Program-made: the position numbers and the translations under genes
The notes under the pieces: generated by a model
Told to the model about the DNA's origin: nothing
Databases searched by the model: none
What the model saw: only the letters and a program-made list of their open reading frames with translations
Part shown: positions 9,302 to 16,672 of the stretch, piece after piece
Numbering within the stretch: the first letter of the stretch is position 1
How the letters are laid out: every line of letters starts with the position of its first letter
Origin: an uncultured Candidatus Saccharibacteria bacterium
GTDB taxonomy: Bacteria; Patescibacteriota; Saccharimonadia; Saccharimonadales; AWTP1-31
NCBI GenBank assembly: GCA_903946795.1
Contig: CAJAXB010000073.1
Span: forward strand, 1-55,566
Length of the DNA stretch: 55,566 nucleotides
Direction: 5' to 3'

Positions 9302-9836
9302 AAGATACGACACCACAAAGCAATGGTATGCAATCCATACCTACAGTGGCTATGAAGAAAAAGTAGCTGAAAGTATTCGACAGCGTGCGGATAGTCTTGA
9401 TATGAAGGATAAGATCTACCAGGTCTTAGTTCCTAAAGAAAAGATGATCGAAATTAAGAACGGTAAGCGTAAAGTCGTTGAAAAGAAGATTTTCCAAGGC
9501 TACGTTATCGTAAACATGAAGCTTACTGAAGATGCATGGTACATCGTTCGTAACACTCCTGGTGTTACAGGCTTTGTTGGAACTGGTACAGAACCGACAC
9601 CAATCGATGAAGATGAAATGGAAAAGATCAACAAGCGTATGGGTCTTGAACAGCCGAAGCATAAGATTGATTACAAAATCGGTGACGTTGTCAACATTAC
9701 AGATGGTCCATTCAAGAGCTTTGACGGTACCATTAACGACATTGATGTTGCTAAGGGCAAGCTCAAAGTACTCGTAAACATGTTCGGACGTGAAACACCT
9801 GTTGAGCTTGATAGCTTGCAAGTAAAACGAGTCTAA
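9294..9836 (+). CDS. nusG: Transcription termination/antitermination factor NusG
   Basis: NGN motif WYAIHTYSGYEEKV and KOW region GDVVNITDGPFKSFDGTINDID. secE-nusG-rplK synteny is present. Confidence 0.92.
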   Translation: MSKRYDTTKQWYAIHTYSGYEEKVAESIRQRADSLDMKDKIYQVLVPKEKMIEIKNGKRKVVEKKIFQGYVIVNMKLTEDAWYIVRNTPGVTGFVGTGTEPTPIDEDEMEKINKRMGLEQPKHKIDYKIGDVVNITDGPFKSFDGTINDIDVAKGKLKVLVNMFGRETPVELDSLQVKRV

Positions 9837-9845
9837 TCATAACCC

Positions 9846-9874
9846 TGGACAACAGAGGTAAACTTTAGTATAAT
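9846..9874 (+). promoter_or_regulatory. Sigma-70-type promoter for rplK-rplA
   Basis: TGGACA, a 17-nt spacer, then TATAAT. An untranslated leader of about 85 nt precedes the rplK ATG. Confidence 0.5.
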
Positions 9875-9965
9875 AGCCCTGTTACGCACACAGTGCATTG
9901 TATATCACCGCTTCTTTGGGTATACAAATATCAATATCTAGAAAATCAAAGGAGATTTTCACACT

Positions 9966-10397
9966 ATGGCAGAAAAGAAAGTAAAAGCTAATCTTAAGAT
10001 GAAGATCCCTGCTGGACGCGCAAGTGCAGCTCCACCAGTTGGTAGCACACTCGGTCAGTACGGAGTTAATATGATGGATTTCATTAATCCATTTAACGAC
10101 GCAACTAAGGATATGCAAGGAGCAACAGTTACTGCGCATATTACTATTTATGACGATCGAACTATGGAATTCCGCGTTGTGGGCGCTCCAACAGATGACC
10201 TTATCCGCGCTAAGCTTGGTATCCAAAAAGGATCAGGCAAGCCAAACAGCGAAAAGATTGCTAAAAAACTAAGCGACCAAGCGTTAACTGAAATTGCTGA
10301 AGCAAAAGCACACGACATGAACACAACTGATATCGATGCTGTCAAAAAGATGGTGGCTGGTACAGCTCGAAGCATGGGCGTTGAAATAGAACAATAA
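9966..10397 (+). CDS. rplK: 50S ribosomal protein L11
   Basis: KMKIPAGRASAAPPVGSTLGQYGVNMMDFINPFN matches the L11 N-domain. An SD sequence aaaggag lies upstream. Confidence 0.95.
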   Translation: MAEKKVKANLKMKIPAGRASAAPPVGSTLGQYGVNMMDFINPFNDATKDMQGATVTAHITIYDDRTMEFRVVGAPTDDLIRAKLGIQKGSGKPNSEKIAKKLSDQALTEIAEAKAHDMNTTDIDAVKKMVAGTARSMGVEIEQ

Positions 10398-10456
10398 TCA
10401 ATTAATTTGTGGGAGCTAGTAAGAATCTAGCGTATGCACCACGAAAGGATCAAACA

Positions 10457-11359
10457 ATGGCAGAAAAGAAAGAAGTAACAACTCCAGAAGAAGTTAGTTC
10501 AACCGTAGAAGAAACTCCTAAAGCTCCAAAAGCTACAGCGAAAGCTGGAAAGCGAAGCGATAAAGCAGTTAAAGAAGCTGCTGAAAAAGAAGCAAAAGAA
10601 GCTCGTAAGGCCGAGACTAAGACAGAAGAAACAGAAAAGCCAAAAGCTGGCCCTGCTCCAAAGACTCGAAGCCTACTTGAGCGACGCGGTAAAAAATACC
10701 AGGAATCACAAAAGCTTGTTGAAGCAGATAAAGAATACAGCCTCAATGAAGCACTAGCCCTTGCAACTAAGAGTAGCCCTGTTAAGTTTGACGCTACTGT
10801 TGAGATGCACATTCGTCTTGGCGTTGACCCACGTCATGCCGACCAGAACATTCGCGGTAACCTGACACTCCCTGCAGGAACAGGTCGCACTGTACGTGTT
10901 GCTGTGTTTGCAGATGGTGACGACGCAGAAAAAGCAAAAGCAGCTGGTGCTGACATTGTCGGAACAGAAACAATTACCAATGCACTCAACAAAGGTGTCA
11001 TCGAATTTGACGTTCTTGTTGCAATGCCTACACTCATGGCTAAGCTTGGTAAGTTTGCTCGTTTGCTTGGCCCTCGTGGTCTTATGCCAAACCCTAAGAG
11101 CGGTACTGTTACAACTAACGTTGCAAAAGCAGTTAAAGAATCTAAGGGCGGACGTATTGAGTTCCGTGTAGATAGCACTGGAATCGTACACCTTGGTATT
11201 GGTAAAGTTAGCTTTGGTGAAAAGAAACTCCTTGAAAACGCAGAAGCAGTAATGGCGAGTGTAAAAGCTGCTAAGCCTGCAAGCGTTAAGGGTAACTATG
11301 TTCGTTCAATGTATATTGCAACAACAATGGGCCCTAGCATCAAAGTCGTTACACAATAA
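10457..11359 (+). CDS. rplA: 50S ribosomal protein L1 with a ~75-aa Lys/Glu/Ala/Thr-rich N-terminal extension
   Basis: The L1 core begins near GKKYQESQKLV...FDATVEMHIRLGVDPRHADQNIRG and includes LGPRGLMPNPKSGTV. I prefer the ATG at 10457 (preceded by gaaaggat) over the ORF-track GTG at 10409. Confidence 0.9.
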   Translation: MAEKKEVTTPEEVSSTVEETPKAPKATAKAGKRSDKAVKEAAEKEAKEARKAETKTEETEKPKAGPAPKTRSLLERRGKKYQESQKLVEADKEYSLNEALALATKSSPVKFDATVEMHIRLGVDPRHADQNIRGNLTLPAGTGRTVRVAVFADGDDAEKAKAAGADIVGTETITNALNKGVIEFDVLVAMPTLMAKLGKFARLLGPRGLMPNPKSGTVTTNVAKAVKESKGGRIEFRVDSTGIVHLGIGKVSFGEKKLLENAEAVMASVKAAKPASVKGNYVRSMYIATTMGPSIKVVTQ

Positions 11360-11361
11360 AG

Positions 11362-12555
11362 CTATTGATTCATTGTATCCTTGATGAGCATTTGCAGTGC
11401 CAGGATCCAAAAGATTACTTCAATTTGTAGGTTGATATTGTTTACTGCCAAAAAGAGGCAGGTCGTCACTAGCAACCCCTTTATTACTAGTAATTCTTCA
11501 GGCATGCGGTATGATGTCTTGCGCAACACCTGATATAACAGAATAGAGTACAGTAATACAACTGTGACACCTCTCTCAACGAGTAGATCCGCATAGTAAT
11601 TATGGCTACTTTCAAAGCGAACTCCCTTCTGATAAATATCAGTGTAGAGATCAGGGTAATTTGTTGAGTTTTGAATTATATTTTTTTCTATACTTTTCAT
11701 ACCTCCACCAAATAGTAGTTCTTTGTTTGATATCGGAAAACTTGCAGCAAGTAAATGATAACGATACATTGAGCTTTCACCAAAATATGATACGTTCATT
11801 AGACGCGTAAAGAAATTAAAGATTAGAAAAACGCTGATACTAATTGCAAAAACAGTGAATATTGTTCTTTTTGAAATAATAACTAGATCCCGTCTATGGG
11901 CCCATAGTACATAGAGAAATGTCAGGACAATTGCACTTCGTGTTTGCGTAAGCACTAGACAGATTATTAATAATACCAATCCTAAACGACCAATGTTGTC
12001 AGGGATTAATTTACGAGATACCAGCCAACTACCTATGATGATTCCAATCATAAACAGATATGCAGCGTAAATAATTTGAGTGTCAATGAACCCAAGCCGT
12101 ATTTTGTCATGACCAGTAATCCAATACAGCAGGCAGACAGTGCCCCACCACACAATAATGTAAAACATACCTCTTAAAAGATCTTTTGTTCGAATTGTAG
12201 TCAATGATAAGCCTATACATAAAGCTGCTATTAGTGAGCCTAATGCAGGATGTACAAAAGGGCTTCCGAATACAGCATTAGAAATTGATGATCTGAGCAA
12301 TAACGTGAACGCGGAGGCTAGAATAATCCATAACAGTATTTTTCGATGCGTGAAAACACGTAAAGATTTTGGATTATATAACATGATGTACCCAAGTGAG
12401 GATATACCGCTCACCAGAATAAAAAATCTTCTGTACCAAAACATGTCACGCGTAGACGGTAGCCATATAAACATACCTAGAAGCAAAAGTATGATTGTCA
12501 ATGCCAAAAATAACTTTTGACCTAAAAGCTTAGTTGATCCATTTTTATTAGGCAT
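11362..12555 (-). CDS. Polytopic membrane protein, O-antigen ligase/Wzy_C-like
   Basis: Has about 10 predicted TM helices. An LTQTRSAIVLTFLYVLW segment resembles the Wzy_C/O-antigen ligase core. Start placed at the ATG at 12555 (MPNKNGS...) so that it does not overlap the divergent gene. Confidence 0.55.
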   Translation of the reverse strand: MPNKNGSTKLLGQKLFLALTIILLLLGMFIWLPSTRDMFWYRRFFILVSGISSLGYIMLYNPKSLRVFTHRKILLWIILASAFTLLLRSSISNAVFGSPFVHPALGSLIAALCIGLSLTTIRTKDLLRGMFYIIVWWGTVCLLYWITGHDKIRLGFIDTQIIYAAYLFMIGIIIGSWLVSRKLIPDNIGRLGLVLLIICLVLTQTRSAIVLTFLYVLWAHRRDLVIISKRTIFTVFAISISVFLIFNFFTRLMNVSYFGESSMYRYHLLAASFPISNKELLFGGGMKSIEKNIIQNSTNYPDLYTDIYQKGVRFESSHNYYADLLVERGVTVVLLYSILLYQVLRKTSYRMPEELLVIKGLLVTTCLFLAVNNINLQIEVIFWILALQMLIKDTMNQ

Positions 12556-12579
12556 TACATATAGTCTATACTTGATGTC

Positions 12580-14100
12580 ATGTCGATTAAAATAAAAAAG
12601 ACAATACAAAAGAAATTACATAAAGACTATACCCTATACCTTCCGACACTCAGTGCCGTAATTCTTGGGACTGCTTTCTTAAATACACATTTTTATATAT
12701 TTGGCTTTATTGGATTATTACCCTTCATCTGGTTTATCTTCCATCTTACTAAATTTAGCAAGCAGCAAATCATACGAAGCATCTATTGGTCGGGTCTCGT
12801 ATATGGCAGCATCATATTTGCATGGGAGTTACAAACTAGCCCAAGTAGCTGGACCGCGCTTGAGGGATCTCTGTCAATAGTTACTAAAATATTAGCTTGG
12901 ACATTGTCTGCTTTTATTTTTTCAATTGGCTTCTGGCTTTTAGCTCGTTACATTCTTCGTTTTAGACATCAACCAAGAACAATACTAGTAACACTTCCAT
13001 TTGTATGGGCACTGATGGAGCTTACGAGAACCTATCTTTTTGCAATCATAACATATGGCCCTGGTTCGAGCATTAGTCCCAACTGGAATCTAGGCGTCCT
13101 AGGCTTAACCCTTATGCCAACACCCCTTGCATATATTTCACGATTCGTTGGATTACTTGGATCAACAATAGTAGTCGTGCTCATAAATATAGCTATGTAC
13201 TTCATTATTGTGAAGCGTCGTTACATGGTCGCAGCCTACATTTGCACACCTTTATTACTGTTAAGCGTCATTGGCTATATTTTATTTCAGCCAAACACCA
13301 GCAACATATTTGTGTCGTCCATTCATCTTGAATCAACAGATACTCTAGAAGCCTGGGATTCTATACCATTGCCTGAAAAAAACACTGATATATTGGTAGC
13401 GCCTGAATATTCGCTTATTTTTAATAATAAAAACTATGAAACGTTTTTGAAAAATTCCCTTGGTCCTCAGACAACACTTATTACAAGTGTGGCTACAGAT
13501 GGAAAGCCTGGGCAAAATGAACTAACTTTATATGAGACAGGTGGGGGCTTCGTGAATAAACAGCCAAAAACATTTCTTATTGCTGGGGGAGAATACATGC
13601 CTTATATATTTTCTGGATTTTTCAAAGCTATAAAACAGGAGTACTTAACTAAAGCATTCAACGATAGTCAGCAGATTAAAAAAGGAAGTACTCCCGAACA
13701 AGCAGTCCAGTTACATAAAGTAAAAACCGGAAGTCTTGTCTGTTCAGGGGTCTTGGCACTCAGTGAATACAGGCGACTAACAAATGAAGGAGCAGAGGTC
13801 TTAACTAACTCTGCATCATTATCTTTAATCGCCAATGCAAGCCTATACCACGTTCAGGAGGGGTATCTAACGCGCTTTCATAGTATTGCGAATGCACGAC
13901 CCTTCATTCATTCTTCAAGAAGCGGAGAAAGCTACATTTTAGATGCTAATGGAACAGAAAAGGCGCATGCAACAGGCAACTCACAGCTACTGAATGCTCA
14001 GGTAAAAGCGTCTAATAGAAAAACGCCTTATACAATTTTGGGAGAGTGGACAGTACTTTTAGGTATTATCTTTACACTCGTATATATAAGGCGTTTCTAA
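12580..14100 (+). CDS. Apolipoprotein N-acyltransferase-like protein (N-terminal TM bundle plus CN-hydrolase domain)
   Basis: The N-terminal ~230 aa are polytopic. The C-domain has an E-K-C-like triad context: ILVAPEYSL (Glu), KQPKTFLIAGGEYMPY (cf. Lnt K.HLVPFGEY.P) and GSLVCSGV (Cys). A C-terminal TM helix follows. Confidence 0.55.
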   Translation: MSIKIKKTIQKKLHKDYTLYLPTLSAVILGTAFLNTHFYIFGFIGLLPFIWFIFHLTKFSKQQIIRSIYWSGLVYGSIIFAWELQTSPSSWTALEGSLSIVTKILAWTLSAFIFSIGFWLLARYILRFRHQPRTILVTLPFVWALMELTRTYLFAIITYGPGSSISPNWNLGVLGLTLMPTPLAYISRFVGLLGSTIVVVLINIAMYFIIVKRRYMVAAYICTPLLLLSVIGYILFQPNTSNIFVSSIHLESTDTLEAWDSIPLPEKNTDILVAPEYSLIFNNKNYETFLKNSLGPQTTLITSVATDGKPGQNELTLYETGGGFVNKQPKTFLIAGGEYMPYIFSGFFKAIKQEYLTKAFNDSQQIKKGSTPEQAVQLHKVKTGSLVCSGVLALSEYRRLTNEGAEVLTNSASLSLIANASLYHVQEGYLTRFHSIANARPFIHSSRSGESYILDANGTEKAHATGNSQLLNAQVKASNRKTPYTILGEWTVLLGIIFTLVYIRRF

Positions 14101-14106
14101 TTTAAC

Positions 14107-15102
14107 TTAGTAACCTGAACCGTAAGAACCGCGGTGCAGTGAGAAGTTGTATACTAGCCAAGTTCCCTTATTGCTCGTGAAAAACGTCTCGAATTGCGAT
14201 GCTGATGCCCCAGATACATTAAAGCTATACGTACAATTTTCTACATAAGCCGTAGTCGATAGTAATGGCGTGCCGGAAGGGCCGAAACCTGCCTGACCAA
14301 CCTTACCGCCACCAGCACCCCCAAGGTTACCTTGCGCGACTGAAATGAAGCTTACTGCATCTGGAGTTGCTGCTTTGACGTTGTAGCACACGTAATACTC
14401 GCCGTCAGATAAAGCAGTAGTCTTGAATGAGATCTTGCCCCCTTCTGGAACCTGGAGAACTTTAACAGGCTGGGATGCATCGCTGACTTGCGTCGTATTA
14501 GTAAATGTAAACTGGGAGTCTTTTGCATTTTGAGCATTAGATAGAGTATATAAGACAGCACTGTTGTCTTGCGGTTTTACATTAAATGTCGTGATCTGAA
14601 ATGTGCCTTCGACAGGAAATATAGCCTTGAGCTTTGTAAGACCACTAGTATTTTGCACTACAAAGTCCTTGCATACTTCTTTATACGTGTTGAGCGTGAG
14701 GAAGCTATCTCCTCCACCACCGCCTCCATAGCTATTTGTTGCTTCAATTCCTACATAGGGGGTTGTACCTTTATACGCTGTCGGCTTGATATTAAAGCAG
14801 CCTGTATAAATACCGATGTTTAACTTGGGTGTGAATGCAAGGGAACCGCCACCACTGATTTCAGTTACTTTAACGGTTTTTTTGCCATCCGGGACATCAA
14901 CAACGCGAGCATTAACGCTAGACCACATGCTATTGCCAGAAAGAACATCGGCAGTATTAACTTGGTAAATAACAGTTGCAGCAAAGGATCTAATGAGAAT
15001 TACTACACCGACTGCCGCAAAAGCAGCAATAATTAATATTATTCGAGTTTTATTACCAGTAAAATTATTTTTGTTTTTAACATTCACTTTTGATGAAGCC
15101 AT
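14107..15102 (-). CDS. Secreted/anchored protein with two internally duplicated beta-rich domains and Gly runs
   Basis: N-terminal TM/signal anchor (RIILIIAAFAAVGVVILI). Two ~130-aa halves each end in a Gly run (SYGGGGGGDSF, LGGAGGGKVG) and share a C..N.K / Y.E.C pattern. Confidence 0.65.
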   Translation of the reverse strand: MASSKVNVKNKNNFTGNKTRIILIIAAFAAVGVVILIRSFAATVIYQVNTADVLSGNSMWSSVNARVVDVPDGKKTVKVTEISGGGSLAFTPKLNIGIYTGCFNIKPTAYKGTTPYVGIEATNSYGGGGGGDSFLTLNTYKEVCKDFVVQNTSGLTKLKAIFPVEGTFQITTFNVKPQDNSAVLYTLSNAQNAKDSQFTFTNTTQVSDASQPVKVLQVPEGGKISFKTTALSDGEYYVCYNVKAATPDAVSFISVAQGNLGGAGGGKVGQAGFGPSGTPLLSTTAYVENCTYSFNVSGASASQFETFFTSNKGTWLVYNFSLHRGSYGSGY

Positions 15103-15166
15103 ATTATTTCCTTATACTAATTTATACTTTTAACGATAAATGATTTCAACCGTAAGCACAATAACT

Positions 15167-15790
15167 TTATTGATTCAACGTGTAGCTTATAACCTTCCAG
15201 CTACCGTTTATTACTTGAAAGAATGCATCTCCAGTGTAGGTCTTGTTAGAATATTGTGCAGAAAATGAGATACTGCCAATCTCTGGTCCTGTTTGCTGCC
15301 ATGCTTTTCTATTAATTGAAATCGATGCGTTATTAGGAAAATTTGAAGTATCGGCTGCGACGTATTTATTGCCTTTTAGTCCAGTCTGCTCGATAGATGT
15401 TATGGCTGTACAAACACCTTCAGGCATTCCACTCACTCCACAGTACACATTATTTGTTGATGGTGATGCCTGAGAATTGTTTGAAATAGGCTCTGGGGAT
15501 GTATTTGTTGATTCTGGCGTACCCTGCAAAGGGGTATCTTTTTGAGACTTTTGTTGCACAATTTCTGACTGCGTCGTAGGTTTTATTGTGTTCTGTCTTG
15601 ATGCAATAATTATTGATGCCCCAGCAAAACCAATAAACGGTGAACTCAGTATTGCAAGTGCTACGATAATCGTCTTAAGTTTATTAAAAAATGGTTTTTG
15701 CGCAACGAGCTCCACAGAGTTGTGCGCTGTGGTAACTTGAGCTGAAGAATTTTTATTATTTGGTTTCCGCATGTAACCAAGAGGATTCAT
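15167..15790 (-). CDS. Hypothetical membrane-anchored exported protein
   Basis: Start moved to the ATG at 15790 (MNPLGYMRKPNN...). One TM helix (IIVALAILSSPFIGFAGASIIIA), then a Ser/Thr/Pro/Gln-rich linker and a small Cys-containing domain. Confidence 0.55.
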   Translation of the reverse strand: MNPLGYMRKPNNKNSSAQVTTAHNSVELVAQKPFFNKLKTIIVALAILSSPFIGFAGASIIIASRQNTIKPTTQSEIVQQKSQKDTPLQGTPESTNTSPEPISNNSQASPSTNNVYCGVSGMPEGVCTAITSIEQTGLKGNKYVAADTSNFPNNASISINRKAWQQTGPEIGSISFSAQYSNKTYTGDAFFQVINGSWKVISYTLNQ

Positions 15791-15926
15791 AGAAAAAGTA
15801 TAGCATAACCATAGCCATATACACTTGGAGGATATGGAGTAATAATTTAGTTGTAATATTGCACTATACTCTTGTAGATAGTGCAATTTTTTCTGTACAA
15901 TACACTGTAATTGAAGAGGGTTATTT

Positions 15927-16628
15927 GTGGGTGTATACAGCAATATTCAGATTAAAGAGGCAATAAAAGAAGGACATATTGTCTTTCATCCATATGTCGA
16001 AGATCATATTGCTGGTAGCAGTATTGATGTAACACTTGGCGACTGGTTCTATCGAACTGAAAGACCAAGCCAAGGTGCGTTCTATAACCCATTTGATGAA
16101 AAAGCTGTGAATGCCTACTTTGGTGAACCGCAACAAGCTGAAATTCACGAGAAATGGGCAAAGAAACATGGACGTCGACTATTTGAAAATATTCCTGCGG
16201 ATCACCCGATTATTGTGCTACGCCCACACGAACGAATCTTAGCCCACACACATGAATTTATTGGCATCAAAGCTCCAGGAACAAGCACTATGCAGGCTCG
16301 CAGTACTTGGGGACGCAATGGTGTTGCAGTCTGTCTAGACGCAGGCTGGGGAGATCCAGGCTACATTAATCGCTGGACGATGGAAATTTATAATATGAAC
16401 CAACATGAAAGTGTTGTCCTGCCAGTCGGTGAGCGCATTGCTCAGCTTGTATTCTATGAAACAGGACCTGTTGACCTCGAATACAAAAAACTCAGTGGTA
16501 AGTACCAAACAAAGGCTAGCGACAGACTTGATGACATTATCGCCGATTGGAAACCATCTCAAATGCTACCGCGTGCCCATAAGGATGTTCGTCGTAAACC
16601 TAAGCCAATCAAAGGACTTAAAAAGTAA
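15927..16628 (+). CDS. dcd: dCTP deaminase family protein (dUTPase fold)
   Basis: N-terminus IKEAIKEGHIVFHPYVEDHIAGSSIDVTLG, RPHERILAHTHEFIG, the ARSTWGRNGVAV...GWGDPGY..RWTMEIYN core and ERIAQLVF. Uses a GTG start. Confidence 0.8.
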   Translation: MGVYSNIQIKEAIKEGHIVFHPYVEDHIAGSSIDVTLGDWFYRTERPSQGAFYNPFDEKAVNAYFGEPQQAEIHEKWAKKHGRRLFENIPADHPIIVLRPHERILAHTHEFIGIKAPGTSTMQARSTWGRNGVAVCLDAGWGDPGYINRWTMEIYNMNQHESVVLPVGERIAQLVFYETGPVDLEYKKLSGKYQTKASDRLDDIIADWKPSQMLPRAHKDVRRKPKPIKGLKK

Positions 16629-16672
16629 CTATACATGCTTAATAACGTAACTGTGGTGGGGGAAGGATAGCA

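Noticed and set aside
10409-10456. The GTG start for rplA at 10409, and likewise the TTG start for rplJ at 20701-20727.
   Set aside because: Downstream ATGs (10457 and 20728) are preceded by purine-rich SD-like sequences and give canonical N-termini (MAEKK..., MALTKDKK...).
15791-15943. An N-terminal 51-codon extension of the minus-strand ORF 15167-15943.
   Set aside because: The extension would overlap the dcd start and lacks protein-like features (MLYTPTNNPLQLQCIVQ...). The internal ATG at 15790 gives a normal basic N-terminus plus a TM helix.
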